Source: Alphaproteobacteria bacterium (GTDB lineage Bacteria; Pseudomonadota; Alphaproteobacteria; MPNO01). From it: DNA of 64,000 nucleotides. Every line of letters begins with the position of its first letter. The stretch's first letter is position 1. Below, in pieces: positions 30,873-39,531 of the stretch. The stretch covers positions 1,440,001 to 1,504,000 of the forward strand of contig OZ219866.1 in assembly GCA_964291675.2 (NCBI GenBank). Direction: 5' to 3'. The notes under the pieces are model-generated. The model searched no databases. It was not told the DNA's origin and was given only the letters and a program-made list of their open reading frames with translations. The position numbers were made by a program, and so were the translations under genes.

Positions 30873-33214
30873 CCTTCGCCGCTCGAACGATCCGCCGCCG
30901 CGATGGCCGCCAGCAGCCGGCGCGGTGTGATCGGGCACTCGGTGATCTCGACCCCGAGCGGGGCGAGCGCATCGTTGATCGCGTTGGCGATGGCGGCCGG
31001 CGGGCCGATCGCGCCGCCCTCGCCGATGCCCTTCTGCCCGAAGGTGGTATAGGGCGCGGGAGTCTCCATGTGATCGACGCGGATCGAGGGGATCTCGGTC
31101 GGTCCCGGCAGGAGGTAGTCGGCGAGCGTGGGCGCGAGCGGCTGGCCGTCGTCCGCGTAGGGCATCTCCTCGTAGAGCGCCTGGCCGATCCCCTGTCCGG
31201 TGCCGCCATGCACCTGGCCGTCGACGATCATCGGGTTGACCAGCACGCCGCCGTCCTCGACCACCGCGTAGTCGAGGATCTCGACCTCGCCGGTCGCGGT
31301 ATCGACGGCGACCACGGCGGCGTGGCTGGCATAGCTGAAGGTGCCGGAATCGCGCGCCGGCTTGTAGCCGCCGACCGCCTCCAGCCCCTGCGGGTCGGCG
31401 TCCTGCGTGAGGTCCTGCGGGCGGAGATACCAGGTGCGCCCGATTTCCGCGAGCGTCACGCTGCCGGACGGGCCGGCGACCCTTCCGTCCTCCAGCCGCA
31501 CCGAGGCGGGGTCGACCTGGAGCAGCCCGGCGCCGATCTGGCGGATGCGCTCGGCGAGCCGCTTGCACGCCTCGGCAACGGCGCCGCCCGCCTGGATCAT
31601 GCAGCGCGACCCCCAGGTGCCGGTCGAATAGGGGGTGTAGGCGGTATCGCCCAGCACCACCCTGACGGCGTCGGTGTCGATGCCGAGCACCTCGTGCGCC
31701 ACCTGGGCGAGCGTGGTCTCCAGCCCCTGGCCGTGGCTGTGCACGCCGACGCGGAGCTCCAGCCCGCCGTCGGGCGTCATCCGCGCCACCGCCTGCTCGA
31801 AGCCGGGGATCATCGGGATGCCCCAGCCGGCATAGACCGAGGTGCCGTGCCCGGCCTGTTCGCAGAAGATCGAGAAGCCGAGCCCGATGCGCCGCCCGTC
31901 CGGCTCGCCGCGGCCCTGGCGCGCGCGCACCCCGGCGACGTCGATCGCCGCGGCGGCGCGGCGCAGGCACTCGGGATAGTCGCCCGAGTCGTAGTGCCGG
32001 GCGGTGATGTTGTCGTAGGGCATCTGCTCGGGCCGGACCAAATTGTCGAGCCGGAGCTCGTGCGGCTCGCGTCCGATTTCGCGGGCGATCGCGTCGATCG
32101 CGAGCTCCAGCGCGAAGCAGACGCCGGGCCGCGCCACCCCGCGGAACGGCAGGATCGGCGGCTTGTTCGAGGCGACCGACCAGGTGCGGCAGCGGAAGGT
32201 GTCGAACAGATAGGGCCCCGGCAGGATGGCCGCGACCTGGGCCGCCTCCAGGCAGGCCGAGAACGGATAGGCCGAATAGGCCCCGGCATCGACCGTCGCC
32301 TCGGCTTCCAGCCCGAGCAGCCTTCCCTCCGCGTCGGCGTAGACGGTGAGGATGTAGTGGTGCTCGCGGCAATTGGCGTTGGCGGTCAGATGCTCGCGCC
32401 GGTCCTCCAGCCAGCGCACCGGGCGCTCCAGCCGCCTGGCGAGCCAGGAGATGCAGACCTCTTCAGGCGCCAGGATTCCCTTGTAGCCGAACCCGCCGCC
32501 GACATCGGGCGCGATCACCCGGACGCTCGCGTGGTCGAGCCCGAGGCATTCGGCGATCCCGGTGCGGACGATATGGGGTAGCTGGGCGGCCGAGGTCACG
32601 GTGAGCTGGCGCAGCCGCGGATCCCATTCGGCGAGCACGCCCCTGCCCTCGATCGGCGCCATGCACTGGCGCGCGGTGCGCACCTCGCGCGTCACCCTGA
32701 CCGCGGCGCGGGCGGCGACCGCCTCGATATCGTCCTCCACCAGGGTTTCGAGGAACACGTTGTCGCCCCAGTCCTCGTGCACCAGCGGCGCGTCCGCATC
32801 GCGCGCGGCGAGCATGTCGGAGACCGCTGGCAGGATGTCGAAATCGACCGCCACGCGGTCGGCCATATCCTCGGCCTCGGCGCGGGTCGCGGCGACGCAG
32901 ACGGCGATCGCCTCGCCCACCTGGCGAACCTTGGTCTCCGCGAGCGCCGGCTGGACCGAGGGCTTGAACCCGGGCAGCGCCGAGACCGCGCGGATCGGCC
33001 CGACTCCCGCCATGTCGGCGGCGGTGAACACGCAGGCACGGATGTCGTCCGGGATGTCGATCCCGCGGATCCGGGCATGCGCGACGGGGCTGCGGACGAA
33101 GGCCGCTTCGAGCTGGCCGGCGAGGCCGAAATCGGCCACGAAACGGCCGCGCCCGCGCATCAGCCGGTCGTCCTCCTTGCGCGGGATCGACGCGCCCACC
33201 CCCTGATTTGCCAT
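30869..33214 (-). CDS. Xanthine dehydrogenase-family molybdopterin-binding subunit (orphan)
   Basis: RSPVAHARI, DVGGGFG, PFRGVARP, HGQGLET, GQKGIGE. Confidence 0.92.
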   Translation of the reverse strand: MANQGVGASIPRKEDDRLMRGRGRFVADFGLAGQLEAAFVRSPVAHARIRGIDIPDDIRACVFTAADMAGVGPIRAVSALPGFKPSVQPALAETKVRQVGEAIAVCVAATRAEAEDMADRVAVDFDILPAVSDMLAARDADAPLVHEDWGDNVFLETLVEDDIEAVAARAAVRVTREVRTARQCMAPIEGRGVLAEWDPRLRQLTVTSAAQLPHIVRTGIAECLGLDHASVRVIAPDVGGGFGYKGILAPEEVCISWLARRLERPVRWLEDRREHLTANANCREHHYILTVYADAEGRLLGLEAEATVDAGAYSAYPFSACLEAAQVAAILPGPYLFDTFRCRTWSVASNKPPILPFRGVARPGVCFALELAIDAIAREIGREPHELRLDNLVRPEQMPYDNITARHYDSGDYPECLRRAAAAIDVAGVRARQGRGEPDGRRIGLGFSIFCEQAGHGTSVYAGWGIPMIPGFEQAVARMTPDGGLELRVGVHSHGQGLETTLAQVAHEVLGIDTDAVRVVLGDTAYTPYSTGTWGSRCMIQAGGAVAEACKRLAERIRQIGAGLLQVDPASVRLEDGRVAGPSGSVTLAEIGRTWYLRPQDLTQDADPQGLEAVGGYKPARDSGTFSYASHAAVVAVDTATGEVEILDYAVVEDGGVLVNPMIVDGQVHGGTGQGIGQALYEEMPYADDGQPLAPTLADYLLPGPTEIPSIRVDHMETPAPYTTFGQKGIGEGGAIGPPAAIANAINDALAPLGVEITECPITPRRLLAAIAAADRSSGEG

Positions 33215-33291
33215 GCCGAGCCGGTCCCGGGCCGCTATGGTGCCGAGCGGTGGTTATAGCATGGGGCGCGGCGCGGCGCGGGAGAGGGGCG

Positions 33292-34179
33292 ATGGCGAAG
33301 ACGGTCGGGATCGTGGGGCTGGGCCGGATGGGCGGGGCGATGGCGAAAAACCTGATCGCGGCCGGGTTCGCCGTCGTCGGGCGCGATACCGACCCGGCGC
33401 GGGCGGGCGCGCTGGCGGCAATCGGCGGCGAGGTGGCCGGGAGCCCGCGCGCGGTGGCCGAAGCGGCCGATTGCGTGCTGACCTCGCTCCCCACCATTGC
33501 CGCCTTCGAGGCGGTGACGGGCGGGGCGGACGGGATCGCCGCCGCCGACAAGCCCGGCCTCGCCACGTTCGACACCTCGACGCTTCCCATCGCGGTCAAG
33601 GAGGCGGGGCGGGCGGCGCTGGCGGAAGCCGGCCAGATCCTGCTCGACGTGCCGGTGAGCGGCACCAGCACGCAGGCCGAGACCGGCGACCTCGTCGCCT
33701 ATGCCAGCGGCGATGCGCAGGCGATCGCCGGGCTCGCCGGGGTGTTCGAGGGGTTCACCCGCGCCCATTTCGACCTCGGCGAATTCGGCAACGGCAGCCG
33801 CATGAAGTTCGTCGCCAACCTGCTGGTCGCGATCCACAACGTGGCCGCCGGCGAGGCCTTCGCGCTCGGCATCAAGGCCGGGCTCGACCCCGAGCGCATC
33901 CTGGAGGTGATCTCCAGCGGCGCCGGCACCTCGCGCGTCTTCGAGCTGCGCGGCCCCAGCATGGTCGCCGGGGACTACGAGAACGCCTCGGCCACCATCG
34001 GCCTCCAGCTCAAGGACATGAAGGTCATCGGCGACTTCCTGGCCGAGATCGGCTGCGCCGCCCCGCTATTCGCAGTGTCAGGGCAGGTCTACAACGCTGC
34101 CTTGGCGCAGGGACGGGTGGAGCAGGACACGGCGAGCGTGTGCGCGGTGCTGGAGGGGCTTGCGGGGGTGGAGCGGTAG
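33292..34179 (+). CDS. NAD(P)-dependent beta-hydroxyacid dehydrogenase (3-hydroxyisobutyrate dehydrogenase family)
   Basis: GIVGLGRMG, DVPVSG, GSRMKFVANLL. Confidence 0.88.
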   Translation: MAKTVGIVGLGRMGGAMAKNLIAAGFAVVGRDTDPARAGALAAIGGEVAGSPRAVAEAADCVLTSLPTIAAFEAVTGGADGIAAADKPGLATFDTSTLPIAVKEAGRAALAEAGQILLDVPVSGTSTQAETGDLVAYASGDAQAIAGLAGVFEGFTRAHFDLGEFGNGSRMKFVANLLVAIHNVAAGEAFALGIKAGLDPERILEVISSGAGTSRVFELRGPSMVAGDYENASATIGLQLKDMKVIGDFLAEIGCAAPLFAVSGQVYNAALAQGRVEQDTASVCAVLEGLAGVER

Positions 34180-34210
34180 GGGGCTTTCTGCCCGATTCTC
34201 CGCAACCCGC

Positions 34211-34648
34211 TCACTCGGGCAGGGTTTCGAAGGGATTCACTGCCCGGATTTCCAATGGCGCGAAGTGGCGCAGGTTGCGCGTCAGCAGCGTCAGGTTCCG
34301 GCTGGCCGCGGTCGCCGCGATGGCGAGGTCGGCGAAGCCGGGGGAATGGCCGGTCGCGCGCGCCCTGTCCATCAGCGGTCCAGCGGCGTTTGCCGCGGCG
34401 ATGTCGAACGGAATCGCGCGGTCGCCATAGAGATGCAGCACGAGGTCGAGCCAGTCGCCGAGGCGCGCGGCCCGTTCGGTGGCGCCGGTCCGATGCAGCC
34501 TGGCGATGCCGTGGCGGATTTCGGCCACGGTGACGGTGGACAGGAACAGGGCGTCCGAGCGCGCCGCCATCCATCCGGCCAGGCCCGGGGGACGGTCCCG
34601 CCGGCCGGGCGCCCCGGTCGACAGAACGTCCGTGTCGACCAGGTACAC
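34211..34648 (-). CDS. vapC: PIN-domain toxin VapC
   Basis: YLVDTDVLS, TVAEIRHG, ADLAIAATA, LLTRNLRHF. Confidence 0.9.
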   Translation of the reverse strand: MYLVDTDVLSTGAPGRRDRPPGLAGWMAARSDALFLSTVTVAEIRHGIARLHRTGATERAARLGDWLDLVLHLYGDRAIPFDIAAANAAGPLMDRARATGHSPGFADLAIAATAASRNLTLLTRNLRHFAPLEIRAVNPFETLPE

Positions 34649-34657
34649 GCGCTGTCC

Positions 34658-34900
34658 CTACGGCGCGGCGTCCCGCGGCGGGGCGGTGTCGCGCGGGGGC
34701 AAATCGCCGTCTTCCAGCCCGGAGGCGAGCAGCAGGCGGCCGAACGAGGGGACGTCGCGCAGGCGGGTCCACTCGTCGATCCCGAGGATCACGGCGCGCG
34801 GCTTGCCGTGGCGCGTGATGATCGCCGTCTCGCCCCGCGCCGCCCCGTCGACCAGGGCGGACAACCGGGCCTTGGCCTCGCGTAGCTGAATTTGTCGCAT
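34658..34900 (-). CDS. Phd/YefM-family antitoxin
   Basis: IQLREAKARLSALVD...IITRHGKPRAV; immediately upstream of vapC. Confidence 0.9.
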   Translation of the reverse strand: MRQIQLREAKARLSALVDGAARGETAIITRHGKPRAVILGIDEWTRLRDVPSFGRLLLASGLEDGDLPPRDTAPPRDAAP

Positions 34901-35037
34901 GGACGCTCCAGCTTGTAACCAATGTAGTCATACTAGGTCGCGGCGCCCCATCGCGCAATCGGCGTTCGTCGCCGGTAGAATGCGGGTCCGACACGCGGCC
35001 CGCGGGGTTTGCGGCCGGGGGAAGCGGAGAGCACAGC

Positions 35038-35976
35038 ATGAAAATCGCCGCAGCGCACGACTTCCACGACGAGGTGGCCGAGAGGGCGGCGGCGATCTGC
35101 CCGGATATCGAGTGGGCGCTGACCGACCGGGCCGGCACCTGGACCGTCTCGCCTGAGGGCGCGGACGCGGTGATCTATGCGGGCGATGCCTATACCGAGG
35201 TTTTCGTCGACGCCGTGGCCGCCATCGCGCCGCCGCGTTGGGCGCATACCGAGGATGCGGGCATCGACGGGCGGTTCTATGACGACATGCGGGCCAAGGG
35301 CGTGGCGGTCACCCACAGCCCCGGCGCCAACGCGCCCGAGGTCGCCGAGTTCGCCTTCGCCGGCGTGATGTGGGGGGCGAAGCGGCTCGGCGAGTTCCGC
35401 GACCAGCAGCGCGCGCATGAGTGGCGCCAGCTCGGCCAGACCGCGCTCGGCTCCGCGACCGTCCTGGTGGTCGGGCTCGGCGCCATCGGCAGCCGCATCG
35501 CCGCCTATGCCGGCGCCTTCGGGATGACGGTGCACGGCATCCGGCGCTCGGCCGAGCCCGTGCCGGGGCTGGACCGGCAGGGGACGCTCGCCGATCTCGC
35601 CGACTTCCTGCCCGAGGCCGATTTCGTCGTCCTCGCCGTCCCCAACACCGGCGAAACCGCGAGCATGATCGACGCCGGGGCGCTCGCGCTCATGAAGCCC
35701 ACCGCGACGCTGGTCAATGTCGGGCGCGGCGCGCTGGTCGACATCGCGGCGCTCAGGGATGCGCTCGCCGCGGGCTCCATCGCCCAGGCCTTCCTCGACG
35801 TGTTGCCGAGGGAGCCGCTCCCCGCCGACAGCGATCTCTGGGACGTCCCCAATCTGTTCATCTCGCCCCACACCGCCTGCACGACGCCGCTCTACATCGC
35901 GCGCGTCGGCGAGATCTGGCTCGAAAACCTCGGGCGCTTCCTCGCCGGCGAGAAGATGATCCACCGCGCATTCTGA
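35038..35976 (+). CDS. D-2-hydroxyacid dehydrogenase family protein
   Basis: VVGLGAIG, LVNVGRG, LDV..REPLP, ISPH. Confidence 0.88.
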   Translation: MKIAAAHDFHDEVAERAAAICPDIEWALTDRAGTWTVSPEGADAVIYAGDAYTEVFVDAVAAIAPPRWAHTEDAGIDGRFYDDMRAKGVAVTHSPGANAPEVAEFAFAGVMWGAKRLGEFRDQQRAHEWRQLGQTALGSATVLVVGLGAIGSRIAAYAGAFGMTVHGIRRSAEPVPGLDRQGTLADLADFLPEADFVVLAVPNTGETASMIDAGALALMKPTATLVNVGRGALVDIAALRDALAAGSIAQAFLDVLPREPLPADSDLWDVPNLFISPHTACTTPLYIARVGEIWLENLGRFLAGEKMIHRAF

Positions 35977-36004
35977 CCGGCGACCCGGTCGCCGACCGGA
36001 CATC

Positions 36005-37477
36005 CTAGCGCCGGTCGGGCCTGCCCTTGAACCCGGTGCCGAACCCCGCCTCCCCGGCGGCCCAGCCGCCGGCGACGCGGCCGCTGAAGATGGCGGGACC
36101 CAGCATGGTTCCCTCCAGCCCGGCCTCGCCGTTGATGTGTCCGCCGGCCATGCCCGCGAGCTCGCCCGCCGCATAGAGCCCCGGGACGGGCTCGAAATGC
36201 TTGTCGAGCACCCGGCACCGCAAATCGGTCTTCACCCCGCCGAAATTCTTGCGCGCGAGCGGGAAGAGCTGGATCGCGGAAAACGGCGGGGTGTCGAACT
36301 TCTTCGACCCGCCGAGCGGCTTGCCGAACTCGGGCTCGGCCTCCAGCCCGTCGTCGAAGGCGCGGTTGTAGCGCGCGACGGTATCGAGGAAGGCCGCCTC
36401 GTCGACCCCGATCGCCCGGGCCAAGGCTTCGAGCGTGTCGGCATTGGCGATGTTGGGCGAGTCGGCGAACAGCGCGGCGATCCGCTCGCGCGAGACCGCG
36501 TTGCCCACCCGGTAGTGGGGATCGGCGACCTCCATCGCCCCCGTCATGCCGGCGTCGAGGATCGCCCAGGCGTGGCACGGGTCCTGCGCCAGAAGGGCCG
36601 GGGTCGCCGTGGCGCCGCCCGACAGCGCCTCGTTGTGGAAGCGCCGCCCCTGCTGGTTGACCCAGATGTAGCCCGGCGTCCCGCGGAAGACGAGCCCGCG
36701 GCGCGCGCGCGGATCGCGGTGGTCGGGGGTCGCATAGACGTAGAGCCAGATATTGCCGAGATGGGTGAGGTAGCCGCCGGCCTCGCGGACCAGGGCATGG
36801 CCGGACCCGGTGGCGTTGCGGCCGGACCCCTCCATGATCCGGTGCCGCGCGAGGTCGGGTCTGGCCTCGAGGACCATGTCGAGATTCGAGTTGAACCCGC
36901 CGGTCGCCACCAGCACGCACCGGCAATCGACCGCGAACCCCTCGCCGCTCTCCAGGTCCCGCCCTTCGAGCCCGGCGGCGCGCCCCGCCTCGGTGCGGAT
37001 GCTGGTGATCTCGGCGTTGGGGACGATCTCGCCGCCGCGCGCGCGATAGGCCTCGATCAGCCGCCCGGTCAGCTCGCGGCCGGCGCCGCCCGGGCGGGTC
37101 CAGCGCATGACCGAGTTGCCCTCCTGCGGCTTCATGTCGGCCCATTCCACGCCGAGCCCCTCGGCCCAGAAATAGAGGTCGTTGAGCGAATGCTCGATGT
37201 AGTAGCGCGCCCAGACGGCATCGGCCGAGGGCCCGCCCCAGCGCATCCAGTCGGCGAAGGCGAGGTCGGGGCTGTCCTCGATTCCCCGCGCGCGCTGCAG
37301 CGGCGAGTCCACGATCAGGCAGCCTCCGCCCGAGACGATCGACGCGCCGCCGGGCTCGGCCGCCATCTCGAAGGCGACGGTGCGCGCGCCGGCGTCCCGC
37401 GCCTCGATCCCGGCGGCCATCCCGGCGCCGCCGGCGCCGACGATCGCCACATCCGCCTCGAAACGCCTGACACCCAT
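36005..37477 (-). CDS. FAD-dependent oxidoreductase (fumarate reductase/KsdD-like superfamily)
   Basis: IVGAGGAG, VATGGF, RKNFGG, GLYAAGE, GLEGTMLG; lacks the HYTMGG/NRL fumarate motifs. Confidence 0.8.
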   Translation of the reverse strand: MGVRRFEADVAIVGAGGAGMAAGIEARDAGARTVAFEMAAEPGGASIVSGGGCLIVDSPLQRARGIEDSPDLAFADWMRWGGPSADAVWARYYIEHSLNDLYFWAEGLGVEWADMKPQEGNSVMRWTRPGGAGRELTGRLIEAYRARGGEIVPNAEITSIRTEAGRAAGLEGRDLESGEGFAVDCRCVLVATGGFNSNLDMVLEARPDLARHRIMEGSGRNATGSGHALVREAGGYLTHLGNIWLYVYATPDHRDPRARRGLVFRGTPGYIWVNQQGRRFHNEALSGGATATPALLAQDPCHAWAILDAGMTGAMEVADPHYRVGNAVSRERIAALFADSPNIANADTLEALARAIGVDEAAFLDTVARYNRAFDDGLEAEPEFGKPLGGSKKFDTPPFSAIQLFPLARKNFGGVKTDLRCRVLDKHFEPVPGLYAAGELAGMAGGHINGEAGLEGTMLGPAIFSGRVAGGWAAGEAGFGTGFKGRPDRR

Positions 37478-37603
37478 TGCCGCCCCACCCCGCCGATTTG
37501 CCCCGGCCGGGGAAGCGTTTAGCACGCCGCGCGCGGTGGAAACAGCCGCGCCCTCTCCCTAGGATCGCCGGCCCGCGTCCCCAACCAGCGAAAGACACCG
37601 AGC

Positions 37604-38506
37604 ATGAAATACCGCTACCTCGACTGGTCGATCGAATCCTCGCCGCAGAACCCGGGCGACAACGCGATCGGCATCCTCACCCTCGACCGACCCGACCACG
37701 CCAACGCCATCGGACCGCGCATGACCATGGAGCTGCACCAGCTCGTCGACGAGATCCGCCACTCCTCCGCCCGGGTGGTCATCGTCACCGGCGCCGGCGG
37801 CAATTTTTCGGGCGGCGGCGACCTCCGGATCGAGACCATGCCGATGGAGGACCAGAAGGACGAGTGGACCGATTACGGCGTCAAAGGGGAGTACGGCGAG
37901 ATGCTGGTCTGGTTCGCCAACGACTATTTCCACATCGTCGCCCAGCGCATGTGCCGCAAGCTGGAGGACCTGCCGCAGGTCACCATCGCGGCGGTCGACG
38001 GGATCGCCGTCGGCATCGGGCTGGAGATGGCGGTCTCCTGCGATCTCAGGATCGCGTCCGACCGCGTGCGCTTCGCCGAGATCGCGGTGCCGGCCGGCTT
38101 CATGAGCGAGTGGAGCGCGCCGCGCAGCCTGCCCGGGCTGATCGGCCAGACCCGGGCCAACGAGATGATCCTGACCGGGCGCTTCGTCTTCGCCGAGGAG
38201 GCCGAGCGCATCGGCCTGGTCAACAAGGCGGTGCCGGCGGGCTCGCTGCTGGACGAGGCGCGCGCCTGGGCCGGGCGGATGTGCACCTACCCGGCGCTCG
38301 GCCTCAGATACGCCAAGGAGACCATCCGCCTGTACCAGAACCAGAACCGTCAGAAGGAGCACGGCGAGGTCGAGATGGAGCGCATCTTCGAGATCACCCG
38401 CACCGCCGACTGCGCGGAAGGGATCGAGGCGTTCCTGGACAAGCGCGCCCCAGTCTATCACCCCGGTGCGCCGGTCGACAAGCAGGCGCGCTGGCACGAC
38501 CGCTGA
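37604..38506 (+). CDS. Enoyl-CoA hydratase/isomerase family protein
   Basis: LDRPDHANA, FSGGGDL, IAAVDGIAVGIGLE, EGIEAFLDKRAP. Confidence 0.88.
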   Translation: MKYRYLDWSIESSPQNPGDNAIGILTLDRPDHANAIGPRMTMELHQLVDEIRHSSARVVIVTGAGGNFSGGGDLRIETMPMEDQKDEWTDYGVKGEYGEMLVWFANDYFHIVAQRMCRKLEDLPQVTIAAVDGIAVGIGLEMAVSCDLRIASDRVRFAEIAVPAGFMSEWSAPRSLPGLIGQTRANEMILTGRFVFAEEAERIGLVNKAVPAGSLLDEARAWAGRMCTYPALGLRYAKETIRLYQNQNRQKEHGEVEMERIFEITRTADCAEGIEAFLDKRAPVYHPGAPVDKQARWHDR

Positions 38507-38536
38507 GGGCGGGCGTATATGCGGGCGGGAATCCCG

Positions 38537-38616
38537 CCTGATCCCGAGTAGACACGCTCGCGCCATGTCGCGGGACGTCCTCAGACACGCCCCTGCGTGG
38601 CTACCCGGGGAGAGGG
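38537..38616. repeat. Degenerate REP-like halves
   Basis: ATCCCGAGTAG...GTCGCGGGACG followed by TCCTCAGACACGCCCC...GGCTACCCGGG resemble the two halves of the REP doublets. Confidence 0.45.
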
Positions 38617-38667
38617 CGGGTTGGAGGCGGGCAATGGGCTCGCCGCGCCCCGGGCGGGATCGAGAGG

Positions 38668-39441
38668 TCAGACCCGCCCGGCGATCCCCTCGTCGAGATC
38701 GACCCCGCCCGCCGCGAAGGCGCGTTCCGCCGCGGCGACGAAGGCCGCCGCCTCTTGCTCGGTCATCGCGCCGCGGAACATCTCCCGGCGCATCGAGACC
38801 CGCTGCGCGCTGATCGCCCGGATCGCCCCGGTCATCCGCGCGAGATCGTCCTCGCCCCCGATCAGCGACACCGCCTCGCGCGCCATCTCCTTGTAGTGGT
38901 CGCGCTCGTCGTCGTAGATCACCCGCATCGCGCGCGCGGTCATCTCGTGGAGCGCGCTGCCGGCGAGCTTCGCCCCCTCGCGGAACAGCCTGGCGCCGCC
39001 GCCCTCGGTGAAGCCGACGGCGGCCCGCTCGATCGGCGAGCCCGAGCGGACATAGGCCCGGCGCAGATCGCCGAGCTTCTTCTCCTCGGGGAGCTGGACC
39101 GTGTCGTCCGGCGAGATCGGCCGGCCCGCGAGATGCTCGAACACGTCGGCCAGCAGCGCATAGTGGTTGAACTCGTCGGCGAGCTGGGTGAGCCGGAAAT
39201 GGAACTCGCGGCGCGGGATCGTCTTGTCGATTTCGGGGAAGCACTCGACCAGCGCGGCGAGCTCGCGGTGCAGCCCGTTGAAATAGCCGTCGACCGGGTT
39301 GAGCTCCTTCCAGAGCTGCGCCTTCAGATAGAAGACATGGTCGTCCTCGCTCGCCCGGCCGTAGAACCGGCGCGCGATCTCCCCCTCCGCCTCCCAGTAG
39401 GGCCAGGCGGCGGCGAGCAAGGCGTGTTCGGTTGCCGTCAT
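38668..39441 (-). CDS. Ferritin-like (diiron four-helix) protein, function unknown
   Basis: Start MTATEHALL at 39441; two ExxH motifs (DEFNH, DERDH) plus conserved-looking Glu in KELN and TEGGG. Confidence 0.65.
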   Translation of the reverse strand: MTATEHALLAAAWPYWEAEGEIARRFYGRASEDDHVFYLKAQLWKELNPVDGYFNGLHRELAALVECFPEIDKTIPRREFHFRLTQLADEFNHYALLADVFEHLAGRPISPDDTVQLPEEKKLGDLRRAYVRSGSPIERAAVGFTEGGGARLFREGAKLAGSALHEMTARAMRVIYDDERDHYKEMAREAVSLIGGEDDLARMTGAIRAISAQRVSMRREMFRGAMTEQEAAAFVAAAERAFAAGGVDLDEGIAGRV

Positions 39442-39531
39442 CTGCGTCTCCCGGGTGTCGCCGCGATGATAGCGGCAGGGCCGAAAGCGGCAAGCGTTGC
39501 GGGGTTTCGGGCGCTCTGAGACAATGCGCCC

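Noticed and set aside
34155-35030. Direct or inverted repeats flanking vapBC (GGGGYTTGCGG...; CCCG(C)ATTCT)
   Set aside because: Matches are short and gapped, compatible with chance in GC-rich DNA
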